In this document: positions 1-9,373 of the stretch, one piece after another
How the letters are laid out: each line of letters starts with the position of its first letter
Position numbering within the stretch: the first letter of the stretch is position 1
IMG/VR virus record: IMGVR_UViG_3300020404_000006
From: a virus
Length of the DNA: 64,000 bases
Reading direction: 5' to 3' (one strand)
Position numbers and translations under genes: made by a program
The notes under the pieces: generated by a model
Told to the model about the DNA's origin: nothing
Seen by the model: the letters and a program-made list of their open reading frames with translations, nothing else
The model's database searches: none

Positions 1-789
1 ACCAGCAGCTCCCATGGCAGCAGCACCACCTATACCACCAGCTATACTTCCAGCAGTACCAGCCACGGCACCACCAATCTTTTCAAATGTTCCTTTTTTA
101 CCTTCATCTACTTTTTCTTGTTCTTTTTTTGATTTTAAATTTGATTTTAAAATTGCTGCTCCAAGTTCAACTATTGGATCCTTCTTCTTTTGATATCTTT
201 TATCTAATTCATCAATATTTGGACCTCTTCTGTTAGGCATCACACCTAAATTCTCCTTTACTGGTGTCTTAGGAATCATGACAGGTTCAAACATCTTCTT
301 CTTAGCCCAATCATCTGGAATCATGAGATGTTTTGCTTTAAATTGCATGTGCAAGAGAGTGGTATCGATGCCATTTCGTGAAGCAATTCTCTTCATCAGG
401 TCATCAACTTCACCGTAGGATGGATAGTCTAATTTTACTAGACCATCTTCCAATTCTTTAACAGCGACTGACTCATTCATCTTTTTCTGTTGGGATTTTT
501 TCTTGAGGAGGGTTTCTAAAGTGTTTGGGTCTTTAGGATCCTGTAGATCTTTGTATCTAGCAAAGAGACTCTTATCTTTTTTCTCTCCCTTGTACCCTTC
601 AGGAAGAGATTTTTTCTTTTCAGGTAATCCTTTGTGTTTAGTAGATGCAAATTTCTTTACATCTCCTTTCTTCATGCTGGTAGCAGCTCTTTGAACCTCA
701 GGCGACGTTTTCCCTGTCGGGAGAGTGCCTTTTTGATACGCTCTAACAATTCCAAAGAACCTTTGTTGCTTTTTCGAGACTGATGGCAT
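1..789 (-). CDS. Partial (runs off window) basic modular protein, N-terminus DUF3008-like; probable head-internal/late protein
   Basis: Hand translation from ATG at 789: MPSVSKKQQRFFGIVRAYQKG...KVDEGKKGTFEKIGGAVAGTAGSIAGGIGGAAAMGAAG, open to position 1; absent from ORF track because there is no stop in the window. Confidence 0.75.
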   Translation of the reverse strand, partial: MPSVSKKQQRFFGIVRAYQKGTLPTGKTSPEVQRAATSMKKGDVKKFASTKHKGLPEKKKSLPEGYKGEKKDKSLFARYKDLQDPKDPNTLETLLKKKSQQKKMNESVAVKELEDGLVKLDYPSYGEVDDLMKRIASRNGIDTTLLHMQFKAKHLMIPDDWAKKKMFEPVMIPKTPVKENLGVMPNRRGPNIDELDKRYQKKKDPIVELGAAILKSNLKSKKEQEKVDEGKKGTFEKIGGAVAGTAGSIAGGIGGAAAMGAAG

Positions 790-790
790 G

Positions 791-1156
791 TCATGTACCT
801 AATCCTTTTCCTGATTTCATGTTTTCTTTACTACCGTATCTAGCTCTTGTTTCTACATACCCTTTTGTATCATCACCGTAACCCATCTCTTTGGCATCTT
901 TCTTAAGTTGTTGGTTTGCCTTATGTTGTTTGAGATACTTACCTTCACCATCAGTCTTCTGACCTTTGACTTTCTTCTGTTGATTACTACCACTTCTCAT
1001 GATAGCACCCTTACCATACTGTGCTGTAATGGATTTCTTTACTGCATCTAGTACAGAGTCCTTAGATTTAGATGATGGTTTCTTAGTTCCACCTTTATCA
1101 TATCCCATCTCTTTTTTGAGACGAGTGGCCTCTTGGAAGTCTTGAAAATTCTTCAT
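791..1156 (-). CDS. Lys-rich hypothetical protein with MKNFQDFQE leader
   Basis: 121-aa ORF tightly packed between neighbours; leader resembles T4 internal-protein capsid-targeting sequence. Confidence 0.75.
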   Translation of the reverse strand: MKNFQDFQEATRLKKEMGYDKGGTKKPSSKSKDSVLDAVKKSITAQYGKGAIMRSGSNQQKKVKGQKTDGEGKYLKQHKANQQLKKDAKEMGYGDDTKGYVETRARYGSKENMKSGKGLGT

Positions 1157-2844
1157 TTCTTTTTACCCAAGTCTTTGATAGATCCTTTGCCTTGTACTAT
1201 TTTAGATTGATACCTACCCATCTCTGGATCTTCATAACCTTTACGATAGTTTTGAGGTGTACCTCTACCAGTTTTGTTTCTGTTTGGTTTGTCACTAGGA
1301 ATAGACTTTCTTATCATCTTTTCGTAGGATCTGTTTGTCTTTCCTCCTGTCTTTCTCATCTTAAACATTGATTCATCATTACTTCTACCCAACTTATCTG
1401 CAACTTTCTTACTTATACCTCTGTCTTCATTACCTTCACCAGCACCAGCATTGTAAGCAGTCATTCTATTCTCATCGAGTGAGGATAGTTCATCTCTCCA
1501 ATTAGAGAAACTACTCATTTGAATTTGTGCTACCTTTTGTTGTAACTTTGTATCTTGTTTGTTGTCTTTTTTGATTAACTTGTTAACCAATGCTCTTTTT
1601 GCGAGTTGTGTTTGTTTCGCTTTTTGTAGTGCCTGTCTTTGATTTGATTGACTGATTGGGTTAGCCATAGCCATTTCATTGACATTGGTATCATCCTGTG
1701 GTATCTTTTTTCTTACCTTCTCACCACCTTTTCTTACAGCAGCGGCAGCAGCTTCTCCAGCAGCATTTATTGCTTGGTTCTTCAGTTCCTGCCCACCGTG
1801 TTTGATAGCGCCTTGGACTATCTTACCACCTGTCTTTCCACCTACCTTGATCCCTGTTCTTACAGCAGCTTTACCTAGTCCTGATACTACTGCACCAAGG
1901 CCTTCATCAACAAACTCTTCATTTTTCATTGATTCTTTCTTCTCTGCTTCTTTCTTCTTCAGTGCTACCTTACGGAATGTTAGATCAGTGCGACTGCCGC
2001 TGTCCATTCTACCCTGTGCTTCTGGTTTCTTAGAACCACCAGCAGGTTGAGGACCAGCACCACCATCACTCACTCTTCTACCATGAGTGTACTTAGCACC
2101 ACTCATCTTAGAATCACCAGAGATCATCTTACCAGCATTAGATCTGCTGTCCTGATACTGCTTCTCAGTCTGTCCGTGCTTTCCTTGATAGATTTCATCA
2201 ATACTATAATCAACTTCTTCTTTCTTAGAACTGTTACCCCAGTTCTTTGCACCCTTCTTTCTGCACTTGGATAATGCTCCAGACGCATATGCACTTGGCC
2301 ATACATCATAACGTGCTTTTACCTTATGATAACAGGCATCCTTTGTACCACTACCCTTACCTTTCTTATCTTTAACTTCGTTTAATTCTTCTGACTCTTC
2401 TTCTAGAAGAGCCTCCATAACCATATCACTAGCACCCCAAAGATCATTCTCATTGATAAATGCTTCTACTAATTCTTCATCAGTCCATCTGTCTATATCA
2501 TATCCTTCTTCTGCAAGACCTGTTAACCAAGTATCGAATGTCTCTCTGTAATCTTCTTTCTCTAGAAGTTTAAGTGTCTCCCACTCGGCTCTATACTTAC
2601 CTTCCTTCTTCAATTTCTTTTGTTGCCAAGAGTCTAAAGCGTCAACAGGACGACCTCCTTTTGACATCACATCTTTTTTATGTGCTTGAAACTCAGCAGC
2701 TGACTTTGCTCTGTCTGCATCTCTTTGTTTGTTCTTAGCAGCCAGTGCCTCGTTCTTTTTCTTTATATTATCCTCATTCTTTTGTAGATTAGGATGTAAA
2801 GGCGCTTCATAAATTGCAGAATAGGCTTCAGAAAGTTTGTCCAT
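1153..2844 (-). CDS. Modular Lys/Glu-rich late protein (probable head-internal polyprotein)
   Basis: ORF 1153..2871, likely start MDKLSEAY at 2844; late promoter 2876-2883; basic modules separated by (I/L/V)xE sites. Confidence 0.8.
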   Translation of the reverse strand: MDKLSEAYSAIYEAPLHPNLQKNEDNIKKKNEALAAKNKQRDADRAKSAAEFQAHKKDVMSKGGRPVDALDSWQQKKLKKEGKYRAEWETLKLLEKEDYRETFDTWLTGLAEEGYDIDRWTDEELVEAFINENDLWGASDMVMEALLEEESEELNEVKDKKGKGSGTKDACYHKVKARYDVWPSAYASGALSKCRKKGAKNWGNSSKKEEVDYSIDEIYQGKHGQTEKQYQDSRSNAGKMISGDSKMSGAKYTHGRRVSDGGAGPQPAGGSKKPEAQGRMDSGSRTDLTFRKVALKKKEAEKKESMKNEEFVDEGLGAVVSGLGKAAVRTGIKVGGKTGGKIVQGAIKHGGQELKNQAINAAGEAAAAAVRKGGEKVRKKIPQDDTNVNEMAMANPISQSNQRQALQKAKQTQLAKRALVNKLIKKDNKQDTKLQQKVAQIQMSSFSNWRDELSSLDENRMTAYNAGAGEGNEDRGISKKVADKLGRSNDESMFKMRKTGGKTNRSYEKMIRKSIPSDKPNRNKTGRGTPQNYRKGYEDPEMGRYQSKIVQGKGSIKDLGKKK

Positions 2845-2875
2845 TTTGAAAGGATACAGTATAGCTATCATAACG

Positions 2876-2883
2876 TATTTATT
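2876..2883 (-). promoter_or_regulatory. T4-type late promoter (AATAAATA)
   Basis: Near match to TATAAATA about 30 nt upstream of ATG 2844. Confidence 0.65.
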
Positions 2884-2888
2884 ATATC

Positions 2889-2896
2889 AATAAATA
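2889..2896 (+). promoter_or_regulatory. T4-type late promoter (AATAAATA)
   Basis: 30 nt upstream of fibre ATG 2926; back-to-back with the minus-strand copy. Confidence 0.7.
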
Positions 2897-2925
2897 GAAG
2901 ACAGGGACTCTATAATTTTAGCTAA

Positions 2926-5607
2926 ATGGCTCGTCAGGGAATATTTACTGGATTCACACCGAATGATGGTCTGGGAGATTCCCTTGCCTTGGGTGCAACC
3001 AAAGTAAATCAAAACTTTACAGAGATTTATACCACGTTTGGTGACGGTAACAACCTTAGTGTCAACGCAGGCAGTGCTGGTACTTGGACGAAGGCAGGGA
3101 ACTCTGGAATATACACAAGTAAGAACGTAGGTATCGGCACAACCGATCCTAGTGCTGCTTTGTTTGTATCAGGTAACGTTCAATTAACAGGTATTACAAC
3201 TGGAACATTCGTTGGAGATGGTTCTGGTCTTACAGGTGTGACTGCAACAGGTTCTGGTGTTGTCATTAAAGATAGTGGTGTTCTAGTTGGTGTTGCACAG
3301 AGTCTTAACTTCGATAGAAACTTAGATATTACACAAGTATTTGGTGGTAATGTCACAGTTTCTGCTGCTGACACAGTAGGATTTGCATTTACTTCTGGAT
3401 TCTCTACCACATCTGGTTACTCAAACGTTGCTGGAGTATCTACTACATCAGGAACTGCTGGGTTTGCTGACACGGCAACACTGGCACTGACTGCAAACTT
3501 CGCCTCAGTCGCTGGTATCGTAACATACGCATCTGCATCTGGAGTTTCAACTAACTCAGGAGTAGCCGAGTATGCAAAGGTGGCTGGTGTTGCAACATAC
3601 ACTGGTAACACAGGGTTTGCAACCATGGCAGGGTATGCACACACAGCTGGTATCGCCTCAGTCGCACAGAATTTAACAGGAACTCCATCAATAGTTGTTG
3701 ATAATGTCAATGGTCTTGGAATTGTAACCTTCCCAGGCCAAGGTAGTAAGATGCGTTTCGACTTTGACGCAACAGGTGATCTACCTCAAGCAACCTCTTG
3801 GAGAGGTATGTTTGCATGGGCAAATAATACTAAGACTGCATACGTTTCCAGTGGAACCACAATGGGTGGTTACAATGGTTGGAGACAGATACTTCACGGT
3901 GATCATCTAGGTAACTACTTCACTGTGGGTGTTGTAACTGCATCTAAGTTTGCTGGTGATGGATCTGAACTTACAAACTTACCATCAACAGATAGTATTT
4001 GGAGATCAAACTCCACTGGTATTCACACTCTCAGTAACGTTGGTCTTGGAACTACTAATACAGAGTCATATAAACTGAAGGTTGTAGGCAATCTTAAACT
4101 TTCTGGTCGTTTAGATGGTACTGCCACAGATAACTTACTACCATTCTTATGGTCAACCTACGCATCTCTACCATCATCATCCACATATCATGGTCAGTTT
4201 GCTCACGTTCACGAAACAGGTAAGGCATACTATGCACACGCTGGTTGGAATGAACTAGTCAACAAGAATCAAGATCAATCAGTTGGAACTGGAACTGAAA
4301 ACTATAGAGTTGGTGTTGTAACTGGAATATCATTTACAGGTGATGGTTCTGGTTTAAGTAATATTTCTGTTGCATACGCAGCATCTGCTGGTATCGCCTC
4401 TCTTTCACAAGGACTAGAGGGTAAACCAGACATCTTAGTTGCTAACATCAACTGTACTGGTATTGTTACTGGTGCAGTATTCGTTGGAGATGGTTCTGGT
4501 CTTACAGGTATTACTGCATCTGGTAGTGGTATCATCATTAGAGAAGGTGGCACACTCGTAGGAACTATTGGAACTGTAAACTTCGGAACTGGTTTCAGTG
4601 TTTCCCCAGCATCTGCTGGTGTTGTAACAGTCACCACATCAGGTGGTGGCGGTGGTGGATCTGTCTTTACTACCAGAATCGTTGGTATTCAAACAGATAA
4701 CGTAATACCATTCTACTACGACAATTACAGTGACTTCCCATCATCATCTACCTATCATGGTGCAGTTGCTCACTCCCATGACACTGGTAGATTATATTTT
4801 GCACACGCTGGATGGAAAGAATTAGTCAACAGAGAGGCAGATGGCACAGTAGGAACTGGAACTGACAACTACAGAGTTGGAGTTGTTACAGGTACATCTT
4901 TCGCTGCCTCATCATTCATTTCTGTTGGTGGAAATCAAATAACTCAACTGGATATCACACAGTATGAGACTGCATACTCATGGGGCAACCATGCACTTGC
5001 TGGATATCTAACAGGTCTAGGTGGACAAAACTTAGGTAACTTATCTAATGTTTCCAGTGCATCTCCAAATAGTAGTGATGTATTGACATGGAGTGGATCA
5101 GAGTGGGCACCAGCCGCACCTACAGGTGGAACTGGTTCTGGAATCATAATCAAAGAAGAGGGAACTCAAGTTGCATCAGGGATTACTTCGATTGACTTCG
5201 TTGGATCTACCGTAAGTGCAACTGCAACTGGTTCAAACGCAACTATCACAGTCACTGCTGGTACTGGTGGAGGTGGTTCTATTTCCACAACTGGTGTAGG
5301 AACATACACTGCATCTGCTGGTGTGGAACAACAGATAGATTCATTCTCTAAACTCAGTTACTCTGGTGCAGAGTACACATTGATGATCGGTCTAGGAACA
5401 TTCAGACAATCACAAAAACTTCTCGTGATGCACGATGGAACCACAGCATTCTCACAAGAGTATGCTATTATGTTCTCCCCAGAACAACAGGTATCAGTTG
5501 CTTCAACAGTAAGTGGCAACAACGTTTTAGTTAAAGTCACTCCAGAGGCAGGGATATCTGGATTATCTACATACAGATTTGTCAAGACTTACATTGAGAA
5601 CTTATGA
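2926..5607 (+). CDS. Tail fibre-like virion protein, 893 aa
   Basis: N-terminal NDGLGDSL..GATKVNQNFTEIY baseplate-attachment-type motif; repeated F.GDGSGLTG modules; Gly/Thr/Ser-rich. Confidence 0.85.
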   Translation: MARQGIFTGFTPNDGLGDSLALGATKVNQNFTEIYTTFGDGNNLSVNAGSAGTWTKAGNSGIYTSKNVGIGTTDPSAALFVSGNVQLTGITTGTFVGDGSGLTGVTATGSGVVIKDSGVLVGVAQSLNFDRNLDITQVFGGNVTVSAADTVGFAFTSGFSTTSGYSNVAGVSTTSGTAGFADTATLALTANFASVAGIVTYASASGVSTNSGVAEYAKVAGVATYTGNTGFATMAGYAHTAGIASVAQNLTGTPSIVVDNVNGLGIVTFPGQGSKMRFDFDATGDLPQATSWRGMFAWANNTKTAYVSSGTTMGGYNGWRQILHGDHLGNYFTVGVVTASKFAGDGSELTNLPSTDSIWRSNSTGIHTLSNVGLGTTNTESYKLKVVGNLKLSGRLDGTATDNLLPFLWSTYASLPSSSTYHGQFAHVHETGKAYYAHAGWNELVNKNQDQSVGTGTENYRVGVVTGISFTGDGSGLSNISVAYAASAGIASLSQGLEGKPDILVANINCTGIVTGAVFVGDGSGLTGITASGSGIIIREGGTLVGTIGTVNFGTGFSVSPASAGVVTVTTSGGGGGGSVFTTRIVGIQTDNVIPFYYDNYSDFPSSSTYHGAVAHSHDTGRLYFAHAGWKELVNREADGTVGTGTDNYRVGVVTGTSFAASSFISVGGNQITQLDITQYETAYSWGNHALAGYLTGLGGQNLGNLSNVSSASPNSSDVLTWSGSEWAPAAPTGGTGSGIIIKEEGTQVASGITSIDFVGSTVSATATGSNATITVTAGTGGGGSISTTGVGTYTASAGVEQQIDSFSKLSYSGAEYTLMIGLGTFRQSQKLLVMHDGTTAFSQEYAIMFSPEQQVSVASTVSGNNVLVKVTPEAGISGLSTYRFVKTYIENL
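3207..4509 (+). repeat. Exact 31-nt direct repeat pair (3207-3237 and 4479-4509)
   Basis: attcgttggagatggttctggtcttacaggt occurs twice, 1272 nt apart (in frame). Confidence 0.9.
4129..4902 (+). repeat. His-rich ~69-aa internal repeats in fibre (4129-~4335, 4696-~4902; divergent copy ~3748-3951)
   Basis: DNLLPF..PSSSTYHGQFAHVHETGKAYYAHAGWNELVN vs DNVIPF..PSSSTYHGAVAHSHDTGRLYFAHAGWKELVN. Confidence 0.85.
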
Positions 5608-7820
5608 TTCACACTAGTACGAACACTCTTGATAGGACAGGGTTAGCTGTCAAACCAACTGGAGCTAACGACAAGAAGGCATACTCTATCAAATGTTATA
5701 CCAAAGATGACTGGGTATTCATTCATGAAGAACTAGAAAAAGATGGTTCACTGGAAGATAATATTCCAGATCCATCAATAGTGTGTCCCGATAAAAAGGA
5801 ACATAGTGATACCAGAGCAACCTACATGTTGACTGATGCGGAAGCAGAAGACCTAAGAAAACATGAGAGGGTAGAGTTTGTCTGTATTGATTATGACGCT
5901 TACCCAGGCAACTACGCTCCCGATCCAAAAGATATTGTTGCTAGTATACAAAAGTTTGGTAGAGGAACAGGGTCGGTATCCAACTACAGAGCATGGAATA
6001 CTTCACCGACAGGCACTAGACCACCTACATCTCAGGCTGGTATAGGTGCATCAGATAAGAACAGAACTGGATATCAGATACTAAGACACACACAGAAAGA
6101 GAATCCTTGGGATGCAACATCCACTGGACTAACTCAATCTGATCATATTATTATAGAGACAGAGACAAAACAATTAGGCGATGGCACTGGTGTAGATGCA
6201 ATCGTGTCTGATGATGGTTTCTGGATTGCACACCCAGAATTTGTAACAACTGATGATGATCCTGTAGGATACTCAACAGGAAACGCATTGACATGGAGTG
6301 GTATATCTACAACACCAGGCACATGTGGTGTCCTAGATGTACTTCTTGATGGTCCATATTATATTGACCCAGACTGGTTCAATGCAGATCCAGGCAATAG
6401 ATTGACTCAACGTTGGGATGGTACAACAGTCCCAGTAGAGTCTGTAGCAAGAGCATGGTGGTCTGATTCAAGTCAGAGATCAGTAGGATTCTCTACCATT
6501 GGTACTACTAGTGGTTTCAGTGCTTTCTACAGTAGACAAAGTTGCAATGGAAGTAATACACAGAAACCAACCAACGGATCTGACCACGGAACTCAATGTG
6601 CTGGTCAAGTATTTGGTAAAAATTATGGATCTGCATACAACTGTAACAAGTGGGTGTTAAATGGTATTGGTGGTTCCAATGCTGGAATCAATGGTAGTCA
6701 ATTTGATATACAAAAACTCTTCCACTTATATAAACCAAACTATGATAGACATTCTGCTGTTACTGGCAAACAAAATGATACTAAAAACCCAACACTGTCA
6801 AGTAATAGTTGGGGATATAGGGACGATGCCATTCATGATGGTGGATTCTACTGGTATAGACCATCATCTATAGATGGATTAGTGCCTGGCACATCATATA
6901 CAAGTGGTAGTGAACCAGAATTCATTGATTTACTAGGTGCATATGGTGATGGTAGTAGAATGAAAGGAGAGATGGTAGATAGTTCTGTAACCGCATCTGG
7001 TAAAGAACTGTCTGACGCTGGAGTGATCTTCGTCTGTGCTGCTGGTAATAGTAATCAAACTCAGGTAAGGCCTGGCGATCTTGATTTTGACAACTATTGG
7101 GCTACAGCTGCTCAAGGAAATGATTCTCCTCTATCAGCGAGCACTCATTTTGAATTTGGTTTACAATGTTATAACACTATCAATAGAAGAGGGTGGCCAC
7201 AGTCATTAGGTAAAACTACATCTGGTTTATCTACTGCTGGAACTGAGTATGCTGCTATCAATATTGGTGCGTTAGATGATCAAATTGTAAGTGGTGGACT
7301 GGGTGGTAACACCACAGACTATAAAGAAAAGAAAGTTTCCTATAGTGACATGGGAACAGGTATTGATTGTTATGGTGCTGCTGATGACACAATGACAGCA
7401 GATGGTAGAGCGTCATCTCTTACATATCCACACCCAGAAACATATAGTGGGTTGACTTTAACTCCGTATGATATTGATTTTGGTGGCACTAGTTCTGGAT
7501 GTCCTACATGTGCTGGATGGATCACTACCAAACTACAATATAATAGAGATTGGACTTACACTGATGTAAGAAACTGGTTAAATAACAGTTGTGGTGCTCA
7601 ATCTCCTGACAGATTTTACTATGGTGATAACATAACAGGATTCACATCGACAACAGCTGCATGGGAGGATATGTATTCCGTCCAGATGTATGGTCAAGGA
7701 CCTGTTGTAATATGGGATGCTCCTACTGGTTCACCTACTGAACCAAAGAAACCTGAGATTAGAATCACAAACTCACCAAACTTAAAGTTTAGTGGTGGAG
7801 TTGAGATAAAATTCTCCTAA
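5604..7820 (+). CDS. Subtilisin-like (S8) serine protease, 738 aa
   Basis: Triad in subtilase order: D203 (IVSDDG), H328 (SDHGTQCAG), oxyanion N482 (AAGNS), S630 (FGGTSSGCP); N-terminal propeptide-like segment; ATGA overlap with fibre gene. Confidence 0.85.
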   Translation: MIHTSTNTLDRTGLAVKPTGANDKKAYSIKCYTKDDWVFIHEELEKDGSLEDNIPDPSIVCPDKKEHSDTRATYMLTDAEAEDLRKHERVEFVCIDYDAYPGNYAPDPKDIVASIQKFGRGTGSVSNYRAWNTSPTGTRPPTSQAGIGASDKNRTGYQILRHTQKENPWDATSTGLTQSDHIIIETETKQLGDGTGVDAIVSDDGFWIAHPEFVTTDDDPVGYSTGNALTWSGISTTPGTCGVLDVLLDGPYYIDPDWFNADPGNRLTQRWDGTTVPVESVARAWWSDSSQRSVGFSTIGTTSGFSAFYSRQSCNGSNTQKPTNGSDHGTQCAGQVFGKNYGSAYNCNKWVLNGIGGSNAGINGSQFDIQKLFHLYKPNYDRHSAVTGKQNDTKNPTLSSNSWGYRDDAIHDGGFYWYRPSSIDGLVPGTSYTSGSEPEFIDLLGAYGDGSRMKGEMVDSSVTASGKELSDAGVIFVCAAGNSNQTQVRPGDLDFDNYWATAAQGNDSPLSASTHFEFGLQCYNTINRRGWPQSLGKTTSGLSTAGTEYAAINIGALDDQIVSGGLGGNTTDYKEKKVSYSDMGTGIDCYGAADDTMTADGRASSLTYPHPETYSGLTLTPYDIDFGGTSSGCPTCAGWITTKLQYNRDWTYTDVRNWLNNSCGAQSPDRFYYGDNITGFTSTTAAWEDMYSVQMYGQGPVVIWDAPTGSPTEPKKPEIRITNSPNLKFSGGVEIKFS

Positions 7821-7826
7821 TAAATA
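7819..7826 (+). promoter_or_regulatory. T4-type late promoter (AATAAATA)
   Basis: Overlaps protease stop, 19 nt before ATG 7845. Confidence 0.6.
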
Positions 7827-7844
7827 CTACAAAAGACTAGCGAA

Positions 7845-8708
7845 ATGGCAGACAAATCATTTGGTGTAAAGGACCTGAATATAGTTGGAGCGAGTGGTGA
7901 TCCAACTATAGAAAGTAATGGTGACCTAAATTTAAAAGCTGGTCAAGTTGCTATCCAGACTAACACCACAGTCACAGGAGTTGTTACTGCATCTTCATTT
8001 GTTGGTGATGGATCAGGACTCACAGGAGTTACTGGTACTGGTTCTGGTATTGTAATTAAGGACACCAACTCTCTTATTGGAACTGCTGGAACAATTAACT
8101 TTGGCGATGCCTTATCTGTTTCTCCAGCATCAGCTGGTGTGGTCACAGTCACCGCTGCAAACACACAACTTTCCACTGAGGAAGTTCAAGACATCGTAGG
8201 TGGTATGGTTGATGGTGGAACTGAAACCAACATCACAGTAACTTATAATGACACTTCTGGTAAACTTAATTTTGAAGCTTCTGGAGGATCTGTCCCTGCA
8301 AACCTTACTGCAACTACTCTAGATGTATCTGGTATCTGTACTGCTGGTAGTTTTGTCACCGATCTTACCACTGGTAATGGAACTGATAGATCATTTGCAA
8401 TAAGATATACTGTGGGATCAAACGGTGCTTCTTCATACTGGTTTGCAGGTCCTGGCATCCTTAATAACATGTCAAATCCTACTCTATATCTACAGAGAGG
8501 AATGACCTATATCTTCAACAACACCACTGGGTCTTCACACCCATTCCGTATTCAATTCCAAGGCACATCAACAGGTGTAGGAACATATGTTAGTGGATCT
8601 CAGAATGGAGAACAAGTATTCATCATACCGCACACTGCGCCTGGAGCATATGAATATCAATGCACCATTCATGGTGGTATGAAAGGCACATTTATTATCC
8701 CTAGTTAA
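7845..8708 (+). CDS. Fibre-like virion protein with C-terminal cupredoxin (type-1 copper) domain
   Basis: FVGDGSGLTG..SVSPASAGVVTVT fibre module; H232 (HPF) plus C273-x2-H276-x2-M279. Confidence 0.8.
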   Translation: MADKSFGVKDLNIVGASGDPTIESNGDLNLKAGQVAIQTNTTVTGVVTASSFVGDGSGLTGVTGTGSGIVIKDTNSLIGTAGTINFGDALSVSPASAGVVTVTAANTQLSTEEVQDIVGGMVDGGTETNITVTYNDTSGKLNFEASGGSVPANLTATTLDVSGICTAGSFVTDLTTGNGTDRSFAIRYTVGSNGASSYWFAGPGILNNMSNPTLYLQRGMTYIFNNTTGSSHPFRIQFQGTSTGVGTYVSGSQNGEQVFIIPHTAPGAYEYQCTIHGGMKGTFIIPS

Positions 8709-8712
8709 GATT

Positions 8713-9312
8713 ATGCCATTAGCATTTGGAATTGGAAAGTCAAGGGGAGCTCAGTTTGATCCTCCAGTATTTTACTCAAATTTATTACAGTTCTACTGGC
8801 ACTGGACTGATGGTAAGGACTTTGACCTCAGATGTGAGTTCATTCGCCCTACTCAATTAGCTGGTCAAATAGTAGGAACTGATAAACTACCTCAGATTGT
8901 AGATGGTGGTGGTTCAGTTACATATATGAAATGGGGTGGAGACAATACCCAAGACACAGAGGGGTATGAAGGCATATACATTGACATAGATGCAATCAAA
9001 ACCGTGCCAGGCGGAGTTGCAAACAATGTAATAGAATTAGATTTCAGAGGTATGTGGTATGCAGAAGTTGGCACAAACCCAGTAGTAGTAAGAGCTTCTT
9101 CATATCAAGGTGGAAGCATGTCATTAGAAAGAGACACACCTAACGTGCCTGGATTCGGATTTATTAATGTAGGATACGCTCAATCCTTTACAAATTACAA
9201 AGAAAGTATACCCAAAGTTGTTACAAGTGTTGACCGAGAAGGCACTGGTCAACGATTAGCTCGTGCCATCATTGACTTAAACACATATCAGATAACTTTT
9301 GAAGATTATTAG
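8713..9312 (+). CDS. Hypothetical protein, possible YfaP/DUF2135-like beta-sandwich
   Basis: 199-aa ORF; W..GKDFDL...P and WGGDNTQ..GYEGIYIDI motifs. Confidence 0.6.
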   Translation: MPLAFGIGKSRGAQFDPPVFYSNLLQFYWHWTDGKDFDLRCEFIRPTQLAGQIVGTDKLPQIVDGGGSVTYMKWGGDNTQDTEGYEGIYIDIDAIKTVPGGVANNVIELDFRGMWYAEVGTNPVVVRASSYQGGSMSLERDTPNVPGFGFINVGYAQSFTNYKESIPKVVTSVDREGTGQRLARAIIDLNTYQITFEDY

Positions 9313-9337
9313 TAACAAATTATATAATTTTTTTCCG

Positions 9338-9345
9338 TATAAATA
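9338..9345 (+). promoter_or_regulatory. T4 late promoter, perfect TATAAATA
   Basis: Exact consensus, 28 nt upstream of ATG 9374. Confidence 0.8.
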
Positions 9346-9373
9346 CAGGCAGACTAAGTAGTGGGAAATCAAC

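Noticed and set aside
3180-5585. Minus-strand ORFs antisense to the 893-aa fibre (3180, 3417, 4302, 4944, 5358)
   Set aside because: Shadow ORFs from stop-poor antisense frames of Gly/Thr/Ser-rich codons; no RBS or motifs
7845-8708. Calling the cupredoxin protein petE (plastocyanin)
   Set aside because: No thylakoid signal peptide, and the domain is fused to fibre modules under a late promoter
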